From: Candidatus Doudnabacteria bacterium
Lineage (GTDB): Bacteria > Patescibacteriota > Doudnabacteria > UBA920 > 2-01-FULL-46-14
Assembly: GCA_041497195.1 (NCBI GenBank)
Contig: JBGQGB010000002.1
Span: 172,140 to 236,139, forward strand
DNA: 64,000 bases
Reading direction: 5' to 3'
Below the pieces are notes generated by a model, which had not been told where the DNA came from, did no database searches, and saw nothing but the letters and a program-made list of their open reading frames with translations. Within the stretch, counting starts at the first letter, position 1. Every line of letters starts with the position of its first letter. Shown here piece after piece: positions 20,258 to 30,307 of the stretch. A program made the translations under genes and the position numbers.

Positions 20258-21924
20258 CCAAGTCAGAGTCGAAGAAAACCGGAAAAAAGAAAGCAACTCG
20301 ATATGTGTTTGTCATCGGCGGCGTGATGTCATCCGTCGGTAAAGGTGTCACAACGGCCTCTCTGGGCCGTGTTTTACAGTCTAAAGGCTACAAAGTCGCC
20401 ATCGTTAAATGCGAAATGTACGTCAACATCGACGCGGGAACTATTCGCCCCACCGAGCACGGCGAAGTTTTTGTCGGCAGCGACGGAATCGAAGCTGACC
20501 AGGATCTGGGGAATTACGAAAGATTTACGGGCAATTTGTCGAAATCGGAAAATTATATTACACAAGGCCAGATCTATCTCGAAGTCATCAGGCGCGAGCG
20601 CAATCTCGAGTTCGGCGGCGAGGACGTAGAGGTTATCCCCGATATTCCGAACGAAATCATCAGACGGCTCAAGCTGGTTGAAAAAAAGCAGAAACCGGAT
20701 TTTATAATAGTCGAAATTGGCGGGACCGTGGGGGAATACCAAGACCTGCTGTTCTTGGAAGCCGCCCGCATGATGCATTTAAAAAGTCCGGAATTAGTCC
20801 AATTCGTTTTGGTCAGTTATTTGCCAATTCCGAAAACAGTCGGAGAAATGAAGACTAAACCGACTCAGTACGCTACCAGGACCTTAAACTCCGCTGGTAT
20901 CGAGCCTGATTTCATCGTTTGCCGTTCTGAGAGGCCGCTCGACCGAAAACGCAAAGAAAAGATGTCCGTCCTTTGCAACGTCGCCCCGGATGATTTGATC
21001 TCCGCCCCCGATGCGGACACGATTTACGAGGTCCCTCTGCTTTTGGAAAAAGAAGGCCTCGGAGACAAAGTCCTCAAAAAATTTGGCTTCGAAAAGCAAT
21101 CAAAGGATCTGAAAGACTGGCGGGCGATGGTCGCCAAAATAAAAAGAGCAACCAGGCCGCTGGATATAGCTGTGGTCGGCAAATATTTCTCAACAGGGGA
21201 TTATACCCTAGTTGATTCTTATATCTCGGTCGTCGAAGCAATCAGGCATGCCTGCTGGCAAAACAACCGGTTGCCGCGTTTGCATTGGATCAATTCTGAG
21301 GATCTGGAGAAAAATCCGGCAATGCTCGTCAAGCTCAAAGCCATGGCCGGAATCCTGGTGCCGGGAGGTTTTGGGAGTCGGGGCGTCGAAGGAATCATCA
21401 TGGCCATCAAATACGCGCGGGAGCACAAGATCCCTTTTTTCGGTCTGTGCTATGGTTTGCAACTAGCCACAATCGAATTTGCTAGAAACGTCTGCGGTTT
21501 GCCGGGGGCCAATAGCACTGAAATTGAGCACAAGGCAAAATATCCGGTAATAGACGTGATGCCAGAACAAAAAAAGAACCTCGCTGATAAAAACTTCGGC
21601 GCGACAATGCGACTGGGCGATTATCCCTGCAAAATAAAAAAAGGTACCCTGGCCTACGACGCCTATGGCACTAGCGGGCCAGTGATGGAAAGGCACCGAC
21701 ACCGATACGAGGTAAATAACCAATACCGGAAGCGATTGGAGGACAAGGGTATGGTATTTTCCGGACTTTATCTCAAAAAAGACCTCGTGGAAATCGCCGA
21801 ACTCAATAAAAAAACCCACCCGTGGTTTTTGGGAACCCAATTTCATCCGGAATTCAATTCGCACCCCTGGGCCCCGCAACCGCTCTTTGATGGATTTGTA
21901 AAAGCCTCTATCAGACTACATTGA
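20254..21924 (+). CDS. pyrG: CTP synthase
   Basis: [14 protein letters not shown] in the N-terminal synthetase domain and GLCYGLQ in the glutamine amidotransferase (GATase) domain. Confidence 0.95.
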   Translation: MTKSESKKTGKKKATRYVFVIGGVMSSVGKGVTTASLGRVLQSKGYKVAIVKCEMYVNIDAGTIRPTEHGEVFVGSDGIEADQDLGNYERFTGNLSKSENYITQGQIYLEVIRRERNLEFGGEDVEVIPDIPNEIIRRLKLVEKKQKPDFIIVEIGGTVGEYQDLLFLEAARMMHLKSPELVQFVLVSYLPIPKTVGEMKTKPTQYATRTLNSAGIEPDFIVCRSERPLDRKRKEKMSVLCNVAPDDLISAPDADTIYEVPLLLEKEGLGDKVLKKFGFEKQSKDLKDWRAMVAKIKRATRPLDIAVVGKYFSTGDYTLVDSYISVVEAIRHACWQNNRLPRLHWINSEDLEKNPAMLVKLKAMAGILVPGGFGSRGVEGIIMAIKYAREHKIPFFGLCYGLQLATIEFARNVCGLPGANSTEIEHKAKYPVIDVMPEQKKNLADKNFGATMRLGDYPCKIKKGTLAYDAYGTSGPVMERHRHRYEVNNQYRKRLEDKGMVFSGLYLKKDLVEIAELNKKTHPWFLGTQFHPEFNSHPWAPQPLFDGFVKASIRLH

Positions 21925-22183
21925 CGATAGTTCTTTTCTTCAACTGACCGTCGAAACCGCGGACCTGTTTCTGGTTAAACTGTACTATACCTTCTTTCAT
22001 AGAATAAATTGTATCGTCCTTTCCAATCTTTACGTTTTTGCCGGGGTGATATTTGGTGCCCCTTTGTCTGATAATAACATTGCCGGTGGAAACTTTTTGC
22101 CCGCCGAAAATCTTCACTCCCAAACGTTTGGAAGCTGAATCCCGTCCTAGACTTGTACTACCTCCGGCCTTTTTGTGTGCCAT
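21911..22183 (-). CDS. rpmA: 50S ribosomal protein L27
   Basis: [28 protein letters not shown]. Its 3' end overlaps the pyrG 3' end by 14 nt (convergent). Confidence 0.9.
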   Translation of the reverse strand: MAHKKAGGSTSLGRDSASKRLGVKIFGGQKVSTGNVIIRQRGTKYHPGKNVKIGKDDTIYSMKEGIVQFNQKQVRGFDGQLKKRTIVNVV

Positions 22184-22263
22184 TCGACTGCGTTCTCCGT
22201 TTCGCTGCAAACTTCGAGCTCTGGCTTAGAAATCGAATGTCCAGAGTGAAGTCGAGAGACTAC

Positions 22264-23562
22264 CTATTGAACCTTAAAAATAAAAATTTCCCTTGAAACA
22301 AACTGATCCTTGCGGTCATAGATTATGCTTTTTCTCTGGGTCAGGCGCAAAAAATCGTACTTTTCAATCAAAACTTCCGGCAGCGGATCAACAATATCGT
22401 ATCCCAATTTGCTGAGCTTGTCAACGATTTCCAGGAAACGATACCCGGAAGTAGTGCGGTAGGCAGGCAAGGCAATCACGACTCTTTTGCCCGAACTGAG
22501 AATTTTGGCAAAAGCTTTGAAAGCGCCCAGGTACAAAGTTTGCAGATTTTTGAAATTTTGTTTTATTTCATTTTCGTTCGGCATTTGCGCATAGGCTGGC
22601 CCTAGCGTTCCTTCTGTGACGATGGCCTCAAATTTGAGTTTCGGCAGATTAGTTTGCAGCTCTTTGACATCGCTTAAGAACAATTCATAGCGCCCGGTCG
22701 GTAATTTGTAGCGGTTTTTAACCCACTGTAGATTTTTTTCTCCATCATCCACAGCTTTCTGGGAAATATCCGAGCCGATTCCCTTGTATCCCATGAGCAT
22801 GGCTTCCTGAAGTACTGTTCCCGACCCGACAAAGGGATCAAGTACAGCTCGTTTCAAGTCTCCGACCATTTCTACTGGCAGTTGCGCCAGATTGAGCATA
22901 ATTTGCGCCACTTTCGGCGGTAACATGCCAACCTGGTTATCGCGTGCGGGGCGTTGATAATCACGCCGGCCATAATCCTCGAAATCCTGCACAGACAGGG
23001 TCTTCGCCAGATAAATCCGTTCGGCTCCGACCAGGAAATCAATCTCCGCACCCTTGGTCAGCAAATGCTCGCCCGTGACAACGACCGAAGGCAGGGCAAT
23101 AGCTTCTTCCTGTGGCAAAACAGCGCGCACAGACCAGCCGGCTGTTGTGAGCAGATCTTTGATCCCAAGGCCCAGGCGTTTCGGCTCTCCGCGCAAAGGA
23201 AGCTCCCTAGCCATCGGGTAAATAGATACGCCGATCTGAATTTTTCCGGTAGCATTACCCAGAAATTTCTCCTTCAGAAGTGGTACATCGAAATAATCCT
23301 TGAAAACCCAGCTGGGCCCGTCCATTTTTTTTCTTCCCAGCGAATCCAAAACTTCCATTATCTTGATGGTTCCGCCCAGCCTTTTCTGAAGTTTTTCCAC
23401 CGGCAACACTTCTTCCGTTTCAATAACTAAAACCTCGCGATACAAATCAACGAGGCGAAAAGAAAGACCCATGTTTTCGAACACCCCAAACAATTCTGCC
23501 AAAGAAAGCGTGAACACCCGCCCTAAATTGAAAGCGTATTTGACTTTCATTGATTTAATCAA
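22264..23562 (-). CDS. THUMP-domain RNA (guanine-N2)-methyltransferase-like (RlmL/Trm14 family, UPF0020)
   Basis: RPARDNQVGMLPPKVAQIMLNLA substrate-binding region. SAM motif LDPFVGSGTVLQEA. The N-terminal half fits a THUMP-like domain. Confidence 0.7.
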   Translation of the reverse strand: MIKSMKVKYAFNLGRVFTLSLAELFGVFENMGLSFRLVDLYREVLVIETEEVLPVEKLQKRLGGTIKIMEVLDSLGRKKMDGPSWVFKDYFDVPLLKEKFLGNATGKIQIGVSIYPMARELPLRGEPKRLGLGIKDLLTTAGWSVRAVLPQEEAIALPSVVVTGEHLLTKGAEIDFLVGAERIYLAKTLSVQDFEDYGRRDYQRPARDNQVGMLPPKVAQIMLNLAQLPVEMVGDLKRAVLDPFVGSGTVLQEAMLMGYKGIGSDISQKAVDDGEKNLQWVKNRYKLPTGRYELFLSDVKELQTNLPKLKFEAIVTEGTLGPAYAQMPNENEIKQNFKNLQTLYLGAFKAFAKILSSGKRVVIALPAYRTTSGYRFLEIVDKLSKLGYDIVDPLPEVLIEKYDFLRLTQRKSIIYDRKDQFVSREIFIFKVQ

Positions 23563-23947
23563 GAAACATCAACAAAGAGCGGCTGTCCTCTTGGGCTACT
23601 TGCTGGTGGCTGGCTTGTTTTTTGGACTCGGCAAGTATTCCACAAACAACTCTGCGCGTACTGTCAGGATCGAGGAACCCTCTTTGGATTTATCTCATGT
23701 TAATAATAATGCAAATGCTGCTGCGGTACAAACTCCGCCCCCTTCTACTGCCGGTAGCGTTGCCGGTGCTACAGCCGCAAAGCCTTTCTCCTCTGACTGC
23801 GCCGGAAAAATCAAGGGCAATATTTCTGCCACAAGCAAGATTTATCACATGCCGGGCGGCGCTTTTTATGACCGGACTAATCCGGAAATGTGTTTTGATA
23901 CTGAAGCGCAAGCTCAGGCTGCTGGGTTTCGCAAGAGTCAGCGCTAA
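23471..23947 (+). CDS. membrane-anchored hypothetical protein with conserved C-terminal YHMPGG...YDRT...CFDTE motif
   Basis: One TM (LLGYLLVAGLFFGL), an Ala/Pro-rich spacer, and a C-terminal Cys-containing motif. The annotated ATG overlaps the upstream divergent gene by 90 nt, so the real start may be a downstream non-ATG codon. Confidence 0.35.
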   Translation: MFSNTPNNSAKESVNTRPKLKAYLTFIDLIKKHQQRAAVLLGYLLVAGLFFGLGKYSTNNSARTVRIEEPSLDLSHVNNNANAAAVQTPPPSTAGSVAGATAAKPFSSDCAGKIKGNISATSKIYHMPGGAFYDRTNPEMCFDTEAQAQAAGFRKSQR

Positions 23948-23950
23948 ATC

Positions 23951-24637
23951 ATGACCAAGGCCACTCGCAAGCTCACTCAGCAAGTCACTGACCTCAGGGA
24001 AGCCGGTCGCCAGCAACAAGCCCTAGCACTTGCTGGCCGGCTGATTTTGAGATTTGCAAAAGAGACCGATTACCTGGGGCTGTTTGATGTGCTTGGCAGC
24101 CGGTGCCTCGTATGGAAACACTTGTTTCAATTAACAAGGCGCAAGGTTTACCGATTCCTCATGCGCTCTGATGCAGAGCTCGGATTGGCGCTTTCGATCA
24201 CAGAGAAACTCAAATCTCGGCTTCACGTGGCTCATTTCCGTATGGCTGAGACATTGATGACCTTTCAGGACTACAAAGTGGCCGCTAGGGAATATCAGTT
24301 GGCACTCAGACACTATCGCGGCAATAGAGCAGAAAGAGGGGATTTTCGCTACCACCTTGGCGAAGCGCTTTATCGAAGCGGAAAGCGCGAGCTGGGTAAA
24401 AAAACCATTCTCCAAGGACTTCAGGAGATTCAAGCCAATCGGGACGCTGTTGACTCTTTTTTAGCAAACGTTTGGGAATCAGGAGCCTATATGCGTATTG
24501 CCGAGTTATTGTGGAAGAGCAAACCGAAAAAAGCCAAACAATATCTGGGTGAGGCAAAACGAATAATTGAAAGCGATAAGCTTTTGGTGATGCGCCGCAA
24601 ACAATTCCAAATTTTGCTGCTAGAACTTCAAGACTAA
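23951..24637 (+). CDS. hypothetical protein (helical/TPR-like)
   Basis: 228 aa, predicted helical, with an ALRHYRGN...LGEALYRSG TPR-like hairpin. Confidence 0.4.
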   Translation: MTKATRKLTQQVTDLREAGRQQQALALAGRLILRFAKETDYLGLFDVLGSRCLVWKHLFQLTRRKVYRFLMRSDAELGLALSITEKLKSRLHVAHFRMAETLMTFQDYKVAAREYQLALRHYRGNRAERGDFRYHLGEALYRSGKRELGKKTILQGLQEIQANRDAVDSFLANVWESGAYMRIAELLWKSKPKKAKQYLGEAKRIIESDKLLVMRRKQFQILLLELQD

Positions 24638-24708
24638 ATAAAAATCAAAAAAAATTGGACCCCGATTCCGAAAGGAACCAGGGTCCTGATAATGCGTGTG
24701 CTTCCGGG

Positions 24709-25251
24709 TCAACTCCCCGAAGCGTATTGATCCATTCTCCAACGAAGGTTCGCGGCTTTCAGCCGGAGCAGGGTCCAGGCTTCAAACAATAAGCGTTGCC
24801 AGGTCTTGGCCGGAGCCTCGATTTGCGGTCCGTACTCTCGCTCCGGTCGAATCAGGCCCTGTTTTAAGAGGGCCACTAGTTCCAAAAGGTCCCCGACCCT
24901 TTCGGCCTCGACCAGGTTGCTCTCCCTTACCGCAGAGCTCGTCAAATCCACCCTTGCTGATCGAACACGGTAGAGACCAGCGGCTCGATATTGCGCTAGG
25001 TTGACAAGGATTGTGAAGCGGGTCGGACAGGCCAGCTCAGTGATTAGCCTTTCGATAGCGACAGGCAATTGGCGACCGAAAAGCACCGAGCATTCCAGAT
25101 ACAAAGCCTGTGCTTGCTTGTCACAGAGAACTTCGATTTTTCCAGACTCAGATTTGCGGCTGAGCAAGCGCGGGTCGTATTCTACAACCTTGAAACCCAT
25201 CGACTCGAATTTCTCCCTGCTGACACCAGTAAAATAAACGCGCAATTCCAT
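24709..25251 (-). CDS. hypothetical protein
   Basis: 180 aa from MELRVYFTGV. No confident domain. Confidence 0.4.
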   Translation of the reverse strand: MELRVYFTGVSREKFESMGFKVVEYDPRLLSRKSESGKIEVLCDKQAQALYLECSVLFGRQLPVAIERLITELACPTRFTILVNLAQYRAAGLYRVRSARVDLTSSAVRESNLVEAERVGDLLELVALLKQGLIRPEREYGPQIEAPAKTWQRLLFEAWTLLRLKAANLRWRMDQYASGS

Positions 25252-25375
25252 AACATCCTCCACTACTCATCGTCCGGGAGTTTTCGTGCTGTTCTACACA
25301 GTCACGCTCCTGTCGGTACGAGGCTTCTACCGATGTTTTGATAGAAACAATCAATATTATCATAAAAACGACTGG

Positions 25376-25404
25376 TTGTCAATTCTGCCTGATTAAGCTA
25401 AAAT
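25376..25404 (+). promoter_or_regulatory. candidate sigma70 promoter for secA (TTGTCA-17-TAAAAT)
   Basis: Motif and spacing read directly. It lies about 25 nt upstream of the secA ATG. Confidence 0.4.
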
Positions 25405-25428
25405 AAACACACTCTCAAATGATTACTT

Positions 25429-28020
25429 ATGGCTTTTTTAGGAAAAATATTCGGGTTTGAAGACCCGGCGAAGAGTGTCCGCTCGGAGATTGCTCGCATC
25501 AACGAACTGGAAAAGGAATACGAAAATCTCTCTCGCGAGGATCTGACCGCCAAGACGACAAAATGGCGCGAGGAAATCGCTGCCCTGCCGGCCGAAAAGA
25601 TCAAGGACTTTTTGACAGCCATTTTGCCGGAAGCTTTTGCGGTAGTCCGGGAAGCAGCCAAACGCACCCTGGGGCAGCGGCATTACGACGTGCAGTTGGT
25701 TGGCGGGATCATGCTCCATCAGGGAAAAGTCGCGGAAATGAAAACTGGCGAGGGCAAAACCTTGGCCGCCACTTTGCCGGTCTACCTCAACGCTCTTGCT
25801 GGCAAAGGTGTGCACGTAGTCACTGTCAACGACTACCTGGCTCGCCGAGATTCTTCGTGGATGGGACAAATTTACAATTACCTCGGGCTTTCGGCGGCTG
25901 CAATTCAGCATGAGCAGTCTTTCATTTATTCGGAAAAAGTGGAACCACCGCGAGAACAAGAAGGGGGCACGACCGGGCCGCCCGTCGTTCAAATTGACGT
26001 GAAAAACATGGTCCCGACCTCGCGTAGCCAAGCTTACACTGCTGACATTCTGTACGGAACAAACAACGAGTTCGGGTTTGATTATTTGCGCGACAACATG
26101 GCGCCCAGCCTGGAGCAGATGGTGCAGCGCGATTTATACTATGCCATTGTCGACGAAGTCGACTCGATTCTCATCGATGAAGCTCGGACCCCGCTGATTA
26201 TTTCCGCGCCTGACGTGGAGAGCACGCACCTTTATAGTGAATTTGCAAATTTCGCTCTTACTCTGACGCCGGAGGATTATGTTCTTGAGGAAAAACACCG
26301 ACAAGTGACCTATACCGAGGCCGGATACGAAAAATTGGAAAAAAAATACGGCCCGGAAATCTACAGCGACGTGAAGCTTCGTCATCACGCTGATTCGGCT
26401 CTGAGAGCCCTGACTTTGTTCAAAAAAGACCGGGATTATGTCGTCCGGGAAGGGGAAATAATAATAGTCGATGAATTCACCGGACGGCTCATGATCGGCC
26501 GGCGTTATTCGGAAGGATTGCATCAAGCCATCGAGGCCGAAGAAGGCGTACAGGTAAAACAGGAGTCGAGAACGCTCGCTACAATCACTTTTCAAAATTA
26601 CTTTCGCTTGTACAAAAAATTGGCCGGCATGACTGGCACCGCGGCCACGGAAGCAGAGGAGTTCCACAAAATTTATAATCTGGACGTTGTCGAGATACCT
26701 AGCAACAAGCCGACAATCAGAGAGGATCTGCCTGATAGCGTTTACAAAACCGAGGCTGGGAAATATCAGGCCATCGTGCGCGAAGTAAAAAAAAGATACG
26801 ATGCCGGCCAGCCAACCTTGATCGGCACCATATCTATAGAAAAAAATGAAATGCTGGCCGGACTTTTGAAAAAAGCCGGGGTCAGGCATGAAATCCTCAA
26901 CGCGAAAAACCATGAACGAGAAGCCCATATCATTGCCCAGGCTGGCAAATTCAAGGCCGCCACCCTGGCCACAAACATCGCTGGCCGCGGGGTCGATATC
27001 CTTTTGGGTGGCAACCCTCCGGATGGCGAAGAAGCGGACAAAGTCAGGCAGCTAGGGGGTCTGCACGTCATAGGCACTGAGAGGCATGAAGCCAGACGGA
27101 TAGACAATCAGCTCCGGGGGCGTTCCGGCCGTCAGGGCGACCCCGGGTCCTCGCAGTTTTTCATTTCTCTGGAAGACGATTTGATGAGACTCTTCGGTGG
27201 AGACCGGGTGAAAAAAATGATGGACACTTTGGGCGTGCCCGAAGACCAGCCGATTGAAGCCAAAATAGTCAGCAGGACCATTGAGAGCGCGCAGCATAAA
27301 ATCGAGGGCATGAACTTTGATTTGCGTAAGCATGTTTTGGAGTTCGACGACGTCCTCAACAAACAAAGAGAAGTCATTTACGGAAGAAGACGCAAGATAC
27401 TAGGCGGCGAGATTGATCTGCGCGAGCAAACTCTGCAAAAAATCCGAGAACAAATTGAAAATATATTGAGCCTGGAGCAAGACCCAAAGATCTTGTATGA
27501 GCAAGTTAACGCGATTTTTCCGATACAAAAAGACGAGGAAAAAACGTTTTCCAGTCAGGAAATGTGGATAAATCAGTTGACAAAACTTGCACTGGAGCGT
27601 TACGAGGAAAAAGAAAGCAAGGTCTCTGCTGGCATAATGAGGCAGATTGAAAAGATTATCACTCTCCAATCCATTGACAATTTGTGGATGCAGCACCTGG
27701 ACACCATGGACCACTTGAGACAGTCTGTCAGTTTGCGCGGTTATGCTCAAAAAGATCCGCTGGTGGAATACAAACAGGACGGCTTGCGCTTGTTTGAACG
27801 TTTACTTTCGGAAATAGATAAAAGCATTGTTTACACTATTTACCGAGTCGACGTGCAGCCCAGGGAAACGCCTCATATCCATTCAAGTTCCGCAGTCCGC
27901 GCCGCTGATGGGACTAGGGCAGGTAGAAACGACCCCTGCCCTTGCGGGAGCGGCAAAAAGTGGAAAAAATGCGGGATGCTGAATACCCCAGAACACCAAA
28001 AGTTCATGGCTCAGCGCTAA
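25429..28020 (+). CDS. secA: preprotein translocase ATPase SecA
   Basis: Walker A MKTGEGKTLAA, DEAD-like DEVDSILIDEA, and the C-terminal zinc finger CPCGSGKKWKKC. Confidence 0.95.
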   Translation: MAFLGKIFGFEDPAKSVRSEIARINELEKEYENLSREDLTAKTTKWREEIAALPAEKIKDFLTAILPEAFAVVREAAKRTLGQRHYDVQLVGGIMLHQGKVAEMKTGEGKTLAATLPVYLNALAGKGVHVVTVNDYLARRDSSWMGQIYNYLGLSAAAIQHEQSFIYSEKVEPPREQEGGTTGPPVVQIDVKNMVPTSRSQAYTADILYGTNNEFGFDYLRDNMAPSLEQMVQRDLYYAIVDEVDSILIDEARTPLIISAPDVESTHLYSEFANFALTLTPEDYVLEEKHRQVTYTEAGYEKLEKKYGPEIYSDVKLRHHADSALRALTLFKKDRDYVVREGEIIIVDEFTGRLMIGRRYSEGLHQAIEAEEGVQVKQESRTLATITFQNYFRLYKKLAGMTGTAATEAEEFHKIYNLDVVEIPSNKPTIREDLPDSVYKTEAGKYQAIVREVKKRYDAGQPTLIGTISIEKNEMLAGLLKKAGVRHEILNAKNHEREAHIIAQAGKFKAATLATNIAGRGVDILLGGNPPDGEEADKVRQLGGLHVIGTERHEARRIDNQLRGRSGRQGDPGSSQFFISLEDDLMRLFGGDRVKKMMDTLGVPEDQPIEAKIVSRTIESAQHKIEGMNFDLRKHVLEFDDVLNKQREVIYGRRRKILGGEIDLREQTLQKIREQIENILSLEQDPKILYEQVNAIFPIQKDEEKTFSSQEMWINQLTKLALERYEEKESKVSAGIMRQIEKIITLQSIDNLWMQHLDTMDHLRQSVSLRGYAQKDPLVEYKQDGLRLFERLLSEIDKSIVYTIYRVDVQPRETPHIHSSSAVRAADGTRAGRNDPCPCGSGKKWKKCGMLNTPEHQKFMAQR

Positions 28021-28062
28021 TCCAACTTGATTTTTTCTTTTTAGATGGCATAATATTAGAAG

Positions 28063-29367
28063 ATGAGCAAAACTAAACTATACATCAGATTTGTCCTTAT
28101 CTTACTGCTGGCCGCTGTCAGCGGTTTTCTTGTAACTGACAAACTAGCACTCCTAAAAATACACAAAAAAATCCCTTTCCGACTGGGGCTTGATCTGCAA
28201 GGCGGCACCAACCTGGTGTATGAAGGAAGCCTCACTGACATTGCCACAGCTGATCGCGGTGATGCCATGAATTCAGTCCGCAACGTCATTGAAAGAAGGG
28301 TCAACGCTTTCGGCGTGACCGAACCGGTCGTCCAAATAGCGGGGGAAAACAGGCTGATAGTGGAACTACCGGGTGTCAAAGACATCGATGCGGCAGTCAA
28401 ACAAATCGGCTTGACGCCTTTCTTGGAATTTCGCGAAGAAGATCCAAGTTACAAACAAACAGATCCTAATATAATCGAGCTCGGTAAAAAATACCGCCAA
28501 ACCGGGCTTTCCGGAAAAAACCTGAAACGTTCAAGCATCGTTTTTGACCCTACCACCAATGCTCCGCAAATCAGCCTGCAATTTGACAGCCAGGGTCAAA
28601 AACTTTTTGCAGATATCACTGGGCGAAATGTAGGCAAGACAGTCGCTATCTTTCTCGATGGCCAGCTAATTTCAGCGCCAGTGGTGCAGCAAGCGATCAG
28701 CTCCGGCCAGGCGGTGATCCAAGGACGATTCACAGTGGACGAAGCCAAACAACTGGCACAAAGACTCAACGCCGGAGCACTACCAGTTCCCATCAAACTA
28801 TTGCAGCAGGAAAACATCGGCCCCTCATTGGGCCAAATCTCGGTCAAGAAGAGTATTTTAGCCGGAATGATCGGTTTTCTGGCTGTGGTCGTGTTTATGA
28901 TTTTTTATTACCGCGTCCCGGGCATTTTGGCAACTTTTGCCCTGATCATTTACGTTTTATTTTCTTTGGCGATTTTTAAACTTCTGTCAATAACCTTGAC
29001 TTTGCCCGGCATCGCGGGCTTTATTTTATCCGTCGGCATGGCGGTGGACGCGAACATTTTAATTTTTGAACGCACCAAGGAGGAAATCCGCCTTGAGTTG
29101 CCTTTGGACAAAGCTTTGGAAGAGGGTTTCAAAAGGGCATGGTCTTCCATCCGCGACTCCAACGTTTCTTCCCTGATCACTGTCCTCATTTTGGGCTATT
29201 TTGGGACGAGCCTAATCAGAGGTTTCGCCATTACCTTGGGCATCGGTATTTTGGTCTCAATGTTTACGGCTATAACCGTGACGCGAACGTTCTTGCGGCT
29301 GCTGACGAGCTATAATTTTGCAAAAAACCCGAAACTTTACGGAGTGAGGAGCTTAAAAAATGTTTAG
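28063..29367 (+). CDS. secD: protein translocase subunit SecD
   Basis: LGLDLQGGTNLVYE and a C-terminal 6-TM domain. Confidence 0.9.
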   Translation: MSKTKLYIRFVLILLLAAVSGFLVTDKLALLKIHKKIPFRLGLDLQGGTNLVYEGSLTDIATADRGDAMNSVRNVIERRVNAFGVTEPVVQIAGENRLIVELPGVKDIDAAVKQIGLTPFLEFREEDPSYKQTDPNIIELGKKYRQTGLSGKNLKRSSIVFDPTTNAPQISLQFDSQGQKLFADITGRNVGKTVAIFLDGQLISAPVVQQAISSGQAVIQGRFTVDEAKQLAQRLNAGALPVPIKLLQQENIGPSLGQISVKKSILAGMIGFLAVVVFMIFYYRVPGILATFALIIYVLFSLAIFKLLSITLTLPGIAGFILSVGMAVDANILIFERTKEEIRLELPLDKALEEGFKRAWSSIRDSNVSSLITVLILGYFGTSLIRGFAITLGIGILVSMFTAITVTRTFLRLLTSYNFAKNPKLYGVRSLKNV

Positions 29368-30256
29368 CGTCACGAAGTATTACAAAGTCTGGTTTGGTTT
29401 TTCCGGCTTGTTGCTTTTGGCCTCCGCCGTGCTTCTGATAGCCTGGCATCTCCAATTTGGCATTGACTTCAAAGGCGGTTTTCGCGCTGAAGTTGAATTC
29501 GCCAAGACTGTTGACGCTTCATCCGTCCAAACAGAGCTTGCTAAAAACGGATTTAGTCAAGTTTTGGTTCAACCAGTCACTGACAAAAAAATAGTCATCC
29601 GGACCGAGGCCATCGACGATACCCAAACTGCCAAATTCAAGCAGGTCCTGGAGCACAAATTTGGCAGCTACCAGGAAGACAGCCTGACTAGGGTAGGGCC
29701 GACCTTAGGAAGCGAACTCTTGCGCAAAGCATACTGGCAAATCGGACTGGTTGTCTTGGGGATTGTGCTATACGTGAGCTATGCTTTCCGCAAAATCGGC
29801 AGGTCGATGAAAAAAGGAAGAATCCCCGCGTGGCATTTGGGTGTGGCGACAATAGCCGCATTAGCTCACGATTTGCTAATTCCCATCGGCGTGTTCGTAG
29901 TTTTAGGGCATTTCAAAGGTGTTGAGGTAGACAGCCTTTTTATCACCGCACTGCTCACAATCATGGGTTTTTCCGTCCACGATACGATCGTCGTTTTTGA
30001 CAGGATCCGTGAAAACTTGCAAAAGTATCCATACAAGTCTTTGCAGACTATTATTGATTATTCAGTGAGTTCCACCATGGCTCGTTCCATAAATACTTCC
30101 TCGACTTTAATTTTTGTTCTGATCGCCATGTTGCTTTTTGGTGGTCAGACTGTATTCTATTTCATCCTAGCCCTTCTAGTCGGAGTATTTTTCGGCACTT
30201 ATTCTTCGATTTTTATTGCGAGTCCGATACTTTTCCTCTGGCATAGAGAAACATGA
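29360..30256 (+). CDS. secF: protein translocase subunit SecF
   Basis: GIDFKGG and a 6-TM SecF domain. It overlaps secD by 8 nt. Confidence 0.9.
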   Translation: MFSVTKYYKVWFGFSGLLLLASAVLLIAWHLQFGIDFKGGFRAEVEFAKTVDASSVQTELAKNGFSQVLVQPVTDKKIVIRTEAIDDTQTAKFKQVLEHKFGSYQEDSLTRVGPTLGSELLRKAYWQIGLVVLGIVLYVSYAFRKIGRSMKKGRIPAWHLGVATIAALAHDLLIPIGVFVVLGHFKGVEVDSLFITALLTIMGFSVHDTIVVFDRIRENLQKYPYKSLQTIIDYSVSSTMARSINTSSTLIFVLIAMLLFGGQTVFYFILALLVGVFFGTYSSIFIASPILFLWHRET

Positions 30257-30257
30257 T

Positions 30258-30286
30258 TTGACAAGCATAGCAAATTATGCTATACT
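30258..30286 (+). promoter_or_regulatory. near-consensus sigma70 promoter (TTGACA-17-TATACT) with an embedded inverted repeat AGCATA-N6-TATGCT
   Basis: Motifs read directly. The palindrome sits in the spacer, about 22 nt upstream of the 30308 ATG. Confidence 0.5.
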
Positions 30287-30307
30287 GGTGGCGATTAAAA
30301 AAACGCC

